Below are positions 13,291-26,891 of a DNA stretch of 64,000 nucleotides, in pieces. Within the stretch, counting starts at the first letter, position 1. Each line of letters begins with the position of its first letter. The notes below the pieces were generated by a model. The model saw only the letters and a list, made by a program, of their open reading frames with translations, was not told the DNA's origin and searched no databases. The translations under genes were made by a program, and so were the position numbers. Source of the stretch: Octopus sinensis (Eukaryota); assembly GCF_006345805.1 (NCBI RefSeq), contig NC_043014.1, positions 22,196,001 through 22,260,000 of the forward strand, given 5' to 3'.

Positions 13291-14512
13291 CGCGTCCGTC
13301 ATCTATTACTGCTTGACTGTCATCCCTTGCCCTTATATTAGCTGAACTAGCTGGTTCGCATACTCTTCTGATTTCTATGGAGGAGTCGCGTTCCGCTGTT
13401 AAGGCACTCCATCTCCTGTCAACAGCCGCTGAATGGGAGCCTGGGCATGCCGTACTTGCTGATGCGCAAACATGCGCTCAGGCTACGGCATCTTCAGCGT
13501 TTCCTTGACGGTGAGCAGGTGTGGTCGCTGTTTGTCAGATTCGCTCTTCCACAGCTAGTATCTTTGACTGAGTTGCAATCCTGGATTAGGCGTAAACCGA
13601 GGAGGGGCGCTTGGCACCTCGAGTGTCGTTAAGCGTTCACAGCCCTCCACCAGACTGGCAATGCGATCGGTGGTAGTTCTACTTTAGTATTCTGTAGAGG
13701 GTTAGTGGCGGGAAAATGCGACGACGTTCTCGGGAAAACTGGGCGTCGACGAAGATCAACTCTCGGGCCTGAGCCTATGGATAACTTCCAGAAACCCCTT
13801 GCCTGGCAGTGCTACCGAGGGGCGCTGCCTGTTCGGGATAAGCTTTACAGGCACGGAAGTGCCGTCAGCCAGGCCTGCCCGAGGTGCGCGCAGAACGATG
13901 AAACCGTTTTGCACGCCCTCATTCAGTGCCCGAGTATTGCTGACCCGTGGGTTTATGTTGAACACCTACTGTTGCGTGTAGGATGAATCCAGCTATCAGC
14001 TGATCCATTGTGAAGATTGCCCCGCTGCCCTCTTTTGGCCGAGAGGGGCAGGCAATTTTTATTTGTCTAGTGGCTGTAGCGAAAGAGGTAGTATGATGGA
14101 CCCATTTGAAAGGGCTAAAGACAGACACTTTCCTTTTTGACCATGCTCCCATCAACTTTTTCAAGTTTCACTTGAAAAGGAAGTTGAGGGTGGAGAGGAC
14201 AGTGTTGCCTTCTAGAAAGTTTGTTGAAAGGTGGGTGAATGTTGGAAGATAGACCAGTCTGAAGGATAAACTCTGAGCGTGCACCTGTAAAAAAAAAAGA
14301 AGTGCACTTGCTCTGTTGTTCAGGCACCCGTGGCTTTTGTGGGTTTTTCTGAGGACCTCTCCCCTATTGAGAGTTTAATTTGTTTAATTTTTAACTGTTG
14401 TTTATATTGTGTACACACGAAAACTCATTGTATCGTCCTGTTTTTGTCTTTTATGTTGTATGTCATTTAATGTTTTGTATGTGAGCCACAAGGGCTCACA
14501 TACAATAAATAA
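13291..14512 (+). mobile_element. Tx1-clade LINE, 5'-truncated ORF2 C-terminus and 3' UTR
   Basis: IYYCLTVIPCP, LGMPYLLMR and CPRC..ETVLHALIQC zinc knuckle; AATAAA then (TTA)n. Confidence 0.8.
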
Positions 14513-14522
14513 ATTATTATTA

Positions 14523-14633
<111 letters not shown>

Positions 14634-16597
14634 GATGTTAGTGAGCGGAAGAGGGTTAGTACTAACTTATGTCGGCGTTGCCTTTCACATTGGTGACACG
14701 GAATCGGTAGCAAATGTCCAATTTGAATCATCTATAGATCAATGTTCACCAAGATAAATGCAGATGGGGTTGCAAAGAGATTGAAGGACTTGGTGGTGAA
14801 CGATATTATTTCATTGTTGTTCAACTCTGATCGAGCGAACCTAAGATCACCCCCATTTTATTTTTTAAGACCGTAAAATGTTAGAGGGAGTGTTCTTGTT
14901 AGTTCGATTGATATTGCAGAGATTCCCTAGTTGTCGCATTAGGTTTCCATTTGCAACTCTGCTTGCAAAACTAAGTTTTTGCAAAGTAGCCCCCCCGGAC
15001 TTCACTTCAACTCACCTACTAGCTAACTACATACTTATCTATTGCTAACTCGTTTTGTTTCATACAATGTATCACTAATTGCACACTAGCTAACACGGCT
15101 TTGCTAATTTATCTTGCGCGCGTTGAAAAGGTATTGCTAATTGCAACCTAATACTGTATTTACTAATTTGGCTAGTCTGCTAGCATAATGTGTGTGTGTG
15201 TGTGTGTTATTTTTCATTGTTCCCCTCATAGTTTAGGTAGGATCACTACTACCCATTTTTCGTCGCAAGTCTTGCGTTTGTGTTCACTTTCAGTATCTGT
15301 TCGACGATGTCTGCAGAAAAGGACACGCTTGATAATGTGATCCTGGGTTCTTTGAACGTGATGATCATGTGATGATCATGGCTCGAATACCTTTGATCAT
15401 TAGGCCTACCTATTCAACGATGTCTTGAGATTAAACAATAATATAATAAGTGGGTGCGAAAGTAATGCCAAAAAGTTTGAAGCTCACAGAGAAAGGATTG
15501 ACATGGAAGTAGTTAGTAGGAGGAAGGACCAAGATGTGAGTACACAGAAGTGCGAGGTGAAGAAGAGTATGTCAGATGATCCTGAGTGAGGTTGCATCCG
15601 ACTAAGTTGGTCTCGAGAAGCAGAGAAAACAGAATGTCGAGGGAGAAGCAATGATGAATCATTACCAATCAGATGGCCTTCTGTTGGAAACGTGGTATAT
15701 TTGTAAGTGTAGTAGTAGATGTGTTACTAGTATTTCATTGTGATCTGAGTTGAATTCTTTAGAGGGTCAACAATTTATCGGTGCTGGAGCATTTTATTGG
15801 CTTTGTAATGGAAGAATAGTCTTTAGGATGAAATTTTAGATATTCTATATACATATGTGTATGGGGGAGAGCTGTTAGAAAAGATTACCAGAAATATGTA
15901 GTAACTTCGAGGACTGAAGTAGCTTGTTGTCCAAGACTAGTGAGGAAGAGCAACAAGATATGTGTTTTTGTTACGTAAAGTGCTGCCTAAAAAGGTATTA
16001 CAAGTTTAACTTTAATCTGATAATTAACAAAGAGTTACGAACATATTTTGCTAACAACCATAGCATTGCTAACATGGACTATTGGACAGCAATGAAATGA
16101 TAACTTGCCTTGTTAAGAAACGATACCTGATATTGTAAACCTGTTTTATGATTCAGCTAGAAATTGTCATCTTGTTTGTCGACATGATGTAAACTTGGCT
16201 TCCTAGCTACTTTAGTGTATATTTTAAAATGGTTTCAATTTTTCCATTGTTTTCAAAGCTTTGAAATATGTGAATTGGAATACTTTTAGTTCTCCTAGTT
16301 TATAAGATTACTTATCATCATGACTATAACCAGGGCCAGATTAAGGCCACCTGATATATTAAGAAGCAATGGTCCCCACGAACTTTCGCTTGTTTAACTG
16401 ACAAGACATAATTTGCGTCGAATGTGAAATAATAGATGAAGACTTAAGTTTTCTTCCAGTCCAAGCCCCACAACCATTAAACAACGTATTCGTTAATCTT
16501 TTTTTTTTTTTTTGGCTTTACACTAAGTAGCAGTAACCAACACAAGTAAATAGTTTATTTATAAATTTGGCAAATAATAATAATAATAATAATAATC

Positions 16598-16689
<92 letters not shown>

Positions 16690-16827
16690 TGGACACTTCA
16701 TTTTATTCATTGAAAAAAATCTGTTATCGTAAGTTACCATTTACACCGAGGTAAATTAGCAACTGCAAAGAACTCTGTAGAACCCCTACTTCCTTTCGTG
16801 TCCATAGCGCGTGATTATTTTATCTTT

Positions 16828-17036
16828 TACTTGTTTCAACCATTAGACTGCGGTCCTGCTGGGGCACCACCTTGATGAATTTTTACTTGAATGAATCGGC
16901 TCTAGTACTTATCTTTAGGCCTGGTACTTATTCTATCGGCCTCTTTGCCGAACGGAAACACACCATCATTTGTTGTCAAGCGGTGAGAGTGGGGTAGACA
17001 AAGGTAGACACAAAGACACACACACACACACATACA

Positions 17037-17070
<34 letters not shown>

Positions 17071-17087
17071 CATACATACATACATAC

Positions 17088-17124
<37 letters not shown>

Positions 17125-17295
17125 CAGATATAAATACGACGGGTTTCTTTCAGTTTCCGTCTATCGAATCCACTCATAAGGCTTTGGTTGACCCGAGTCT
17201 ATAGCGGAAGGCACTTGCCCAAAGTTCCACGCAGTGGGACTGAACACGGGATCATGTGACTGGGAAGTTACTTCTTACCAAATTATGGTCCTAAC
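16828..17295 (-). mobile_element. CORE-like tRNA SINE
   Basis: Contains reverse complement of (CT)TTGGGCAAGTG core and the GGAAACTGAAAGAA(G)CCCGTC motif shared with other copies. Confidence 0.8.
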
Positions 17296-18055
17296 TACAG
17301 CCATATTATTCCACTGACTTACCTTGACAAAAAAAGTTAGGCTAATAGACCCAGTTCTTAAATCAGACTGGATACGTTTGACCATGTGTGAGACATTATG
17401 GATAGAGGGAATATAGAGAAACATAACCTGAACAGATCATCTGAAAGCGTCATCGACCGATTTTCAAATGGATCATCAAAGTACTCGATGAGGTCTCTTC
17501 GCTGATGCTCGATCTGTATGAAATGGCAGCCAAAATCTTCCTCTAATCACACCTTGCTGTTGAAACTTTGAGTTAAACAGAAACAACAACCTTCAATAAT
17601 CACAGTTCCATGTTGGTGTTTAGTTGTATAATAAAAGATACACTACATCTAGCAGTGGCAGCTACATGTTGTTGGTACCACCACTGTTGTATAATCTGAG
17701 GTGAATGTCAGTGCACTCACCTTCAGTAATAGAAGACTTCATGTGATTGGTTAAAAGCAGCAACAAAAATGTACCCCAGTTTATACCCTGCCGTCAGAGA
17801 AAATAAAGAGCCCATTGGATAATGTAATCCTATTCGCCCCTAAAAAGATAGGGTGGAATGCTTTTTAAGACAGGGAAGTCAAACAAGGCTGACCTGGAGC
17901 CGAAGTTTGAGTGCCACATGTTCTTAGTATTGTACAACCTCAGATCTCTATAGACACACTACTTTCAGTAATGACTACAGCATATTGGTTAGCATGGAAG
18001 CCAAATCTCTCTCAAAGCACAACCTTTCTTTTTTTCTTTTTGAAAAAAGAAGACA

Positions 18056-18934
18056 TGCAAGATGTATTCCAGAAGTTTTCAGACTTTTCCAGGAGAGATA
18101 TTTATTAATTTCAAAGAAGTACAAAACTAATCTTTAAAGTTGGTTCCTCTAACTTCAATGCACTTGTGGCGCTCCAGTCACTTCGGAGAGGCGCCATGAA
18201 ATTCTTCCAAAGTAAAAGTGTCCTAAACCTTTGTCACAGCCTCCTTCATCTTGAAAACGATTGCCCTTGAGGTTCTTCAGCTTAGTGAGCAACCAAAAAT
18301 CACAAGGAACAAGGTCTGGACTGTAGGGTGGGGTGAGGGACAGTTTTGATGCCCATCTTTGTCGAGTAGTTGATTACTAGGATGGTACTGTGGAGTAGTA
18401 CATTGTCCTTTAATAGGTGTCAAGTAGTTGGTTACCAGGATGCTCATCACTGAGCAATCTAGGAACAATCTTTGCACAAATTTTGCGCTTGTTCAGAGCT
18501 TCATGGATAATTCTATGTATAGTTGACACATCAACACCAAACTGTAATGCATATTGTCTTTATCGACAAATGGCGGTCTTCATCCAGAAATTTGTGATTT
18601 TCCATACCAGCTCTGATGTTCCGATGTCCCTCTCCCGCCCACACCACTTCTTTATCATCCTTGAACTTCTTGTGCCAGCGAGAAAGTTAATCCATAAGCA
18701 TCATGGTGCACTTCGTAAGTTTTTGTAGTGTTTCTATCCAGTTTATCACAAACCTTTATTGCATAGCAACCTTCCAAATGGCTCTCATGTCTCGGCTGCA
18801 TTCTGCAAATTAGTCAGCTGTGACAAGCAGTGTTTAGTAGGATGTTTTCAAAGTGCCGTTGCAGACGTTTCCTTCAATCTGGATTAAGTATCTCTCCTCA
18901 AAAACGGATGAAAACTTCCGGAATGCATCGCGTA
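18056..18934 (-). mobile_element. Mariner transposon, internally deleted, both TIRs present
   Basis: 26-nt TIRs with 5 mismatches; RWHKKFKD, KICAKIVPRLL and PHP-YSPDLVPCDFWL motifs; catalytic middle missing. Confidence 0.85.
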
Positions 18935-19218
18935 TTTCATGTTGTGGTCTTAGATATAATCTTCCTGAAGAACATTTAATAATATGGTGCTGCAATCATA
19001 ATATTTGCAAAAAATACGGAATCGTCACGACTATAACGCCTTCGACTATAGGCCTGCATGGTCAAGGCTGATATCGGCTAAACAAAAGTAATTATACTTT
19101 TTTTATAGTTTCGTTAAGTTTACTTTAGCGACCCCGGAAGAAAGAAAGCCAATGTTCATCTCGGTAGGATTTGAGCTCAAAATATACAAAAGTCCATAAC
19201 TAAATACCATAAAACAGT

Positions 19219-19677
19219 TTGTCAGAAGCTTTAACGTCTCCGTTAATCCTAGGTACCTACTCGATTCTATATTCCGAGGTCCATAGTTTGTCTCGTATCC
19301 AGATTTTGTTGTTCATGGAACAGTGCGTTCACAGAATCAATTTTAATCGTGGCTATATTCCTTATCAGAATGACAGGAGAAAATATCTAGAGGCGTTGGA
19401 CGCTAGCATACTTAATGTAGTAATCCAAGATGTTTTAATTGCAGTATCTCACGGTATCGAGGACGCTATTTTTGTCCTAAATTTACCATGCGTCCTTAAG
19501 GACAAAAAGTATATTTTTCGTAAGCCAATTTTTAATTCCACAGGAGTGTTATCTATGATAAACTTACTCTGTTTAAAAGAAAATACTGTAGTGATCAACA
19601 GGATCTATATGTCATATAAGACATATAAAAAAGTCACATCGCATAAGGTTTTGTGCTACACATTTAATTTTGGTTAA
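19219..19677 (+). other. 152-codon non-repetitive ORF of unknown function
   Basis: Unusually long open frame for AT-rich unique DNA; no motif recognised. Confidence 0.25.
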
Positions 19678-20169
19678 ATGCATTGACCTTTCTGATGGAA
19701 GGAAATTCAATAGATCTTTTATCTAAGCTGTTAGGCTGCAGCCATGCTGGTGCACTGCTTTGAAGAATTGTCGATCACTTTTGGCCGAACTGCTAAGTTA
19801 CGGAAACGTGAAGAAACCAATACCGGTTGTCAAGCGGTGGTGGGGGAAAAACATACACAAATACGCGCGCGTGCACACATTTTTATAAGTGCTTGAGTGC
19901 AGATAGTATGCTGCTTACTTTCTCAGAAGAACTGAAGCTGCGTTAGAAGAGACGGAGGCAGGAAAGATGGCACATCTGTGAACCAGTCGTTATAATGTCT
20001 TGTAAAACAAAACTTATGTTATAAGAAGTAATTTGTTGTAGAAAAACGTAGTACCATTTTATCTCTCTCTGCGTTTGTTATTTCAGTCATGCATATCACA
20101 TTTGGGGAATACACGCATACGCACGAAAGCACACACACACACACACACACACACCACACACACACACAC

Positions 20170-20215
<46 letters not shown>

Positions 20216-21559
20216 GCACACACACACACACACGCACACAGATATATAATGGGATACACACACACATATACATATGCATACACATAAACATACAAACTCA
20301 CACACACATATGTACATGTACATATACACACACATTGAAGAAATGCTATTTCGAATGAGATAGCGTGATGCATAGAACTCCATATAATTCCATGTATCCA
20401 TGTATATCCAAATTCTAATCAAATATTAAACAATCTGCCGCCCGTTTTATTATTTTTTTTCAGTATTAGTTTTTGAACCCAATATTTATATGCTTCAGGT
20501 GTGCTTCGAGATCCATTGTTAAAAAAAGTGTTATTTCACGTTCTCGTGAAAGTTTATAAATTCTTATGACGTCAACACTTTACAAAGTGTATACCCGGAA
20601 GCAAAATAAAACAGAAGAGATAGTTTATCTCTTTATTATAGCATTATAAATCACATAATCTTTACACGTGTTTCACTAGCGATAATCGTTATCTAGAGAG
20701 TTGAATAATCACATTGAAACACTAGATCTTCAGAAGAAAATAGTCATTTAATCTATTACTCTTTACCAGAATCTGTTGGTTGACAGTGCCAAGTTAGACA
20801 CTACTAATGTGACATAAATATCGTGAAACCTGGAGTTTATTGACAGTAATTGTTCACCACTTCTATACATAATAGCATTTTGAACCAAAAAGAAAGTATC
20901 TAAGTCGTGACACTACATAGCCAAATCTCTTTCAAAACCTATATATTCATCTAAGAAAATGTAGTTTTGGCTACTTTATACCTTAAATAAACACGGGATA
21001 ATCACGGCTGGAACACTTTTGATCAAGGCCAACCATGAGTTAAATAATAAGAGCAACAGTAACCACCAAGCACACCTATTTTATACATTAGACCAGGGTG
21101 TCAAACTCGTTTGGCTTTGCAGATCGGATTGAAGTATAAACAAGATCTCAAATATATACATCATAACAGCTTTATTAACAATAAAGAAAAGGAAAGAACG
21201 TGAGACGTGCAGAGATGCTTGGGAAAAACTTACCCACAAAGTATATATAGAATTCTACTAAGTAGGAGTTCTTTGAGTGCGAACAAGGATAGAAATTATC
21301 CAAATGAAGGCGTATAGTTCTTGAGAAAACCAATGTGTTGTAGAAGGCTTGCACTGGTTCAGCTCCAAAACATTTTAATAATATTCATATCTCTATGAAC
21401 TCGAACGTAATTCTAAGGGGAAAATACACAACTTCCGCTTGGTTCAGTGAGTAAAGAGAGAGTGGAGGGAAAACGTAATTCACTGGTGTAAGGTGACTTT
21501 CAGACACCGCAGTGCTTCAACCTCAGATGATGTCATCCAGCAGAACCGATGAATCTGTC

Positions 21560-22000
21560 TAGAACACGAGCTCTTGTTATAGGAATCAACAATTATTAGA
21601 TGATGAATTATAATTACGCTTGTCGGACATCAGCACGCATCGTATCTCTCTTCTATACTGACCACCGCTGATCTACATACGCTAATTACTTCTCTAAGTT
21701 CACATTGACATTATTCCTGCCGACAATGCCAATCTGACTTTCGTATAAGACCAATTCCAACTAGATGATCTCAATGTGGCCGTAAATGAGCTAACAACTG
21801 GATGATATAGTTTTGACTCAAAACGAGACCGAAGTTTAATTGATCCTAAATCAGACTAAATCCCGACTGCGTACACGTCTCTTCAAAAATGAAACGGGAT
21901 GATCATTGCTTCCGTGCCTTTCAACTTAGGTCTGATCAGTCACAGCGATTTATGCTTAAAAAACAATAACCATTATCACACATACACACACCATTTTCCA
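21560..22000 (+). mobile_element. Possible heavily decayed L2/CR1-type RT fragment
   Basis: Weak resemblance to LF..Y..DL / ADD / LG...SDL pattern through frameshifts. Confidence 0.3.
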
Positions 22001-22103
22001 AAGACGATACCTTTATATGGCTGCTCGAATTACTTGAAAAAGCGGGTAAAATCTCCTTCAAACCACACTCTACTGTATTAATGTTGCCCGTAGTACTTTA
22101 CTC

Positions 22104-22518
22104 TTTTTACTCTTACTCTTTTATTTGTTTCAGTCATTTGACTGCGGCCATGTTGGAGCACTGCCTTTAGTCGAGCAAATCGACCCCAGGACTTATTCTA
22201 TGTAAGTCTAGTACTTATTCTATCGGTCTCTTTTGCCGAACCGCTAAGTTACGGGAACGTAAACACACCAGCATCGGTTGTCAAGTGATGTTGTGGGGGG
22301 ACAAACACAGACACACAAACATATACACACACACATACATATATATACATATATACGACGGGCTTCTTTCAGTTTCCGTTTACCAAATCCACTCACAAGG
22401 CTTTGGTTGGCCCGAGGCTATAGTAGAAGACACTTGCCCAAGGTGCCACGCAGTGGGACTGAACCCGGAACCATGTGGTTGGTAAGCAAGCTACTTACCA
22501 CACAGCCACTCCTACGCC
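22104..22518 (-). mobile_element. Near full-length CORE-like tRNA SINE
   Basis: Head GGCGTAGGAGTGGCTGTGTGG, GGTTCAGTCCC B-box-like, GTGGCACCTTGGGCAAGTG core, (AAAGAGT)n tail. Confidence 0.9.
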
Positions 22519-23076
22519 TATGTTATGCATGAAAAAAAACATTAATAAAATGGTGCGGTAGTACCAACATAAATGCTTTTGACCATAGGTCTGCCCGTTC
22601 AGGGCACGTTCACACACACACCTCTTATATCATGCAAATGCTATTGGCATACACACACAATTAGTAAATACCCTTACACATCATACAAGAACTAGCAATC
22701 AGTGAAGAAAGAGACCGAAAGAGATGTCAGAGAATGGTTTAATGCGGAGGTTGGTTCAAATTAAGCCAGCAAATAATTGCAAAATAAAGAACCACAAGTG
22801 CATAATTAGAAAACCATAATCTGAATGTGTGTGTATGTGTGTGTGTGAGCGTATTTTATAAGAAAATATGCTTGCACACATTTATTTCAAATTCAAATTT
22901 ACGTCACATATTCATTAAGTGTGGTACCCCACCCGCAAAACCTTCAGAAAGCACGAAGACGGGGTAAAAAAACAACAACAAAGAAAAACGAAAAACAAAA
23001 GCCTGGATGTATCAGGTTTGACGCTCGGGAACTCTTGAAGAAGGATTTAACGTTTCGATCTTACGCTCTTCTTTAA

Positions 23077-23107
<31 letters not shown>

Positions 23108-23239
23108 TGTATGTATGTATGTATGTATGTATGTATGTATGTACCCATGTATGTATGTACGTATGAATGTATGTATGTATGTATGTATGTATGTATGTAT
23201 GTATGTATGTATGTATGTATGTATGTATGTATGTATATG

Positions 23240-23772
23240 TCAGGTCACTTTCGAGTGCTACTGGTAACATGTAACCCAGTACAACCTGTTACATGGTCGG
23301 GTCATCGGCGACTAAACCGGCAACCCCACCAAGCTTGCTTGGTGAGGAGGGTGTTTATTGGACACCCTGCGGGATGAAAAACAAAACCCGTCAAAATGCA
23401 GAGGAACTCTTGAGAGTCAACGACCATCCAATAAATGTCTTAAGAATGTATCATGCGCGGGGACATAGAAATAATCGGACTGAATACCCGATCGCGCGGT
23501 TAAACCATTGGGAGTGAAGGACTCCTAGCCTTTGTTAGGGCATCAGGTAACTGGGATAACTCCGACATAAAACCTGCGGCTCAATGGTTACCGATGATGT
23601 TGACTTGTTCTTCTTTTCGGATTATGGCTGATGTTGCTTACTGAGTGGGATTGACTCAGTGCACAGCCTTTCCTCACTTTAAAAAAGAATCTTCTTGCAC
23701 AGGCATTGCACGATAACAACATTGATTAAGCTTCGTGCAATGGCCATACTCGATAACGAGGGGGCAGCCGCC
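23240..23772. mobile_element. Unclassified ~530-bp hairpin-rich insert within an (ATGT)n array
   Basis: Higher GC, several hairpins, (ATGT)n tracts on both sides. Confidence 0.45.
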
Positions 23773-24098
23773 ATGTATGTATGTATGTATGTATGTATGT
23801 ATGTATGTATGTATGTATGTATGTATGTATGCATGTATGTATGTATGTATGTATGTATGTATGTACGTTTGTATATATGTGAGTGTGCAGGAATATAATT
23901 ATTCTTTTATTTGTTTCAGTTAAGTCGTTGCTGTAGCCTTGCTGGGGCACCACCTTCGAAGATTTCTCACGACCATGTAGTGTGAGTGTCGTGTGTGTGT
24001 ATGTGTATGCAGATATATATCCACGTATATATGTGTATGTATATATATATATATATAATATATATATTATATATATATATATATTATATATATATGTA

Positions 24099-24467
24099 CT
24101 AGCAGTATCGCCCGGCGTTGCTCGGGTTTGTAAGGGAAATAACTATAAAGCATTTTTAGATAGTTATAGCCAAAATATAGCAAAAAAATGGGAAAAAAAT
24201 GATGGTAAAAATTTTTTTGAGAGTTAAAAAGATGAAGTTGCGTCCCCTAGACCAGTCTGTGGTTTGTGTTTCTGATTCTCGACCCCATGTCGAATTTATC
24301 GATTTTTTTCAGAACTGGGGGAACTTTTCAAAATTTTCGCTGCGTTAGTTTTGAATTATGACATTGGGCTATGTGTGTGTCAAGTTTCATCAGAATCGGT
24401 TGAAAGCCGTGGTCAGAGTGAGGGTACGAGAAAACAGACACACAGAAACACACACAGACAAACTGCC

Positions 24468-24505
<38 letters not shown>
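24099..24505 (-). mobile_element. Non-autonomous Helitron-type element
   Basis: Minus 3' end CCCG-AGCAACGC-CGGG hairpin plus CTAG|T; 5' end (TA)nAAACGGCAG; same hairpin as at 38541. Confidence 0.8.
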
Positions 24506-24508
<3 letters not shown>

Positions 24509-24619
24509 AAAGTGAGATAGGGGTTATGAGTGTAACCCACTATGGGATATAATTTATCCAATATACTGCCAGTAAAGTACCCAGAAAGGCTAATACAGAA
24601 ATGCTAAGAATTGCAATGC

Positions 24620-24707
24620 AATTAATTCATTTATTGTATTATATGGGCGAAGGTATTGAGGTAAAGCATTTTACCTTCACCCATATAATACAATAAATGA
24701 ATTAATT
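24620..24707. repeat. 36-bp inverted repeat, 1 mismatch, 16-nt loop
   Basis: Arms 24620-24655 and 24672-24707. Confidence 0.9.
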
Positions 24708-24733
24708 ATATATATATATATGCATACATATAA

Positions 24734-24770
<37 letters not shown>

Positions 24771-24899
24771 GCGTCGCCCGTACCCTTTTTGGTCTTGTAT
24801 GTAAGTACATATTTCTTTAAATTTGGTACGACTCTATAACACTGTCTCTCTCTCCCCCCTCTTCTACATTTCTCTGCCTTTCACACTTTGATCTGTCTC

Positions 24900-26800
24900 T
24901 TTCTCTCTGTCTCTCTCTCATCTCCTCCTACTTTTCTCTTTTCTTGCCTCTGATTCTTTGGTCTCCTTTTCCCCCACTCTCTCACATTTCTCTGTCTTTC
25001 TCACTTTGCACCTCACTGATTCTGTCGCCAAGCCAATCCTTCGCACGCTCTCTTTCTTCTCCCCTCCTTTATTCCTTCTTTCTCTCTCTTCTTCCCCCTT
25101 TGGTGCCTTTGTCCCTCTTTTTCTCTCTCTCTTTGATTCCTTTGCCCCCTTTTTTTGTCTCCCTTCTCCTCTCAGGTGACCGCTAGTCAACCAGCCTTTC
25201 GGCTTCTGACCACCGCCACGAGAACATCGTTTTCTTCGTCAGCCGAAAAATGCATTTTTTTCCAAATACGCCAGCTAAGCTAAGTTGTACTGTCTATAGT
25301 CGTAAGACACCCGCTGTTTTTGTCCTGTTATTACTATTATTGTTTTTTGTATTTATATTCGTGTGGCATCGTCCGTTTTTCTGTCCTTGTTTCGTATACA
25401 TTCGATCCTTTTTCCAAGAAATCTAATGCTCGTAGCTTAGTTATTCCTTGGGGCTGGCCGGATCGGAGCGATCACAAGATTAATCAGCCGAAATTGCGAG
25501 GATGATCCGGTTCTTGACTGAAGATTGAAGGCTTCGAATGTCCCGTCCGTGTTTTTCGTATCGTCTTCTAAATGTTTTACGTTCTTGTCGCAGTTTGTAT
25601 TTTTCTACATATAGTATATATATATATTTAGTGCAGGAAGAAATGGAGCTGAACGAAGATTTAACAAAATTCCTTTTTATTATTTTCTACATATGTTTCA
25701 AAGGCTGCAAAGTCCCTAATTCGGATTGAATAAGGAGACCATTTTGCAGCCTTCTCTTCAGGAAAATCCAGGAACTTAATTCTCCAACAAAATGCACATC
25801 AAACTTTTCGACAAACGCTCGCGAGGAGCCCATGGGATAAATGGCACAAAACTGTCTCTCAATATGCGTTGACGCCAGGCTGGGTGAACGCCGACGAAAA
25901 AGTCCGTTGAGATAAATCAAGGTCAAAATCCGGCTAACAGGGGGGAGGGATACAGGAAAATCAAAGAGTGAGAATGTATTCTGTATGACTGGTGTTAATA
26001 TTCGAATTGTTTTAAGAATGAGTGCTATAGTGTTTGGGTGTGAGAAATTGCCTACATGTATGTGTGTGTGCGCCTATGTATGTGTGGCAGTGTGTTTAGA
26101 AGGCTGCAAGGGAGAGAGATATAGCAGCTATTAATGGTCAAGCAGCTGAAAAAAACTGTGTCTGTTTGTTCGTCTGTAACCAGTTGGTAGAGGGATGGAA
26201 TGTCAACAATGGAGGATACAGTGACATCCCTGAAAGCATTTCTAGATAAGTAGCAGTTCTTACGCTAATAGGGGAGTGATTTCCCCATACAAATTTAATT
26301 CAAATTTTTTTTCTTTTCTTAGGAAATCAAGGGGTTAACTATCTTAGACTTCATTGGAATGCAAGAAATGTGTGCCGCTTCCAGTGCGGCCATCTAAAAG
26401 AATTTTGCACAATCGCGTTAACAAGTTGCCCTCGGGCGAACAGAATATGAAATAGTTCCGAGTTGCAAAGATTACAGATTCCTTTGCCTCTATCAAACGG
26501 TAAAGACACCGATAAAATCGACCATTCCAGTCTAAAGGTTGAATTCGCGTTCTTCAAACGCCAGACTAATTTACTTAGTCCAGTAGCGTGTTGCTTTCCA
26601 AAATCGCGAAACGTTGAGAAATGATTCGATATTCTAACAGCCAATTTCGATGATGAAGCTCCGATATACATGTAGACATCTGAATCAGTATAAACTGTGC
26701 ACTGGTAAATGGCGTTTCTAATCTTGGAATTACTAGATAAGAACCTTATTCTATTGGGGTTGGTTTCCGATATTAATACGGCGTTCTTATTACTGAAACG
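24900..26800 (-). mobile_element. Penelope-like element fragment
   Basis: GIY-YIG remnant at right end; 25270-25530 is an inverted homologue of 28845-29075; pyrimidine-rich extension. Confidence 0.6.
26351..26770 (-). pseudogene. GIY-YIG endonuclease remnant, Penelope type
   Basis: AIYQC...MYIGAS...RISNHFSTF...LSKLVWRLK...W.IL...CNLCNSE pattern. Confidence 0.8.
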
Positions 26801-26814
26801 CCAAGAAACTGCTA

Positions 26815-26891
<77 letters not shown>

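Noticed and set aside
25225-25560. CTGACGA (minus, ~25235) and CTGAAGA (~25520) as hammerheads
   Set aside because: No stem II at the first site; GAAT instead of GAAA and no stem I at the second.
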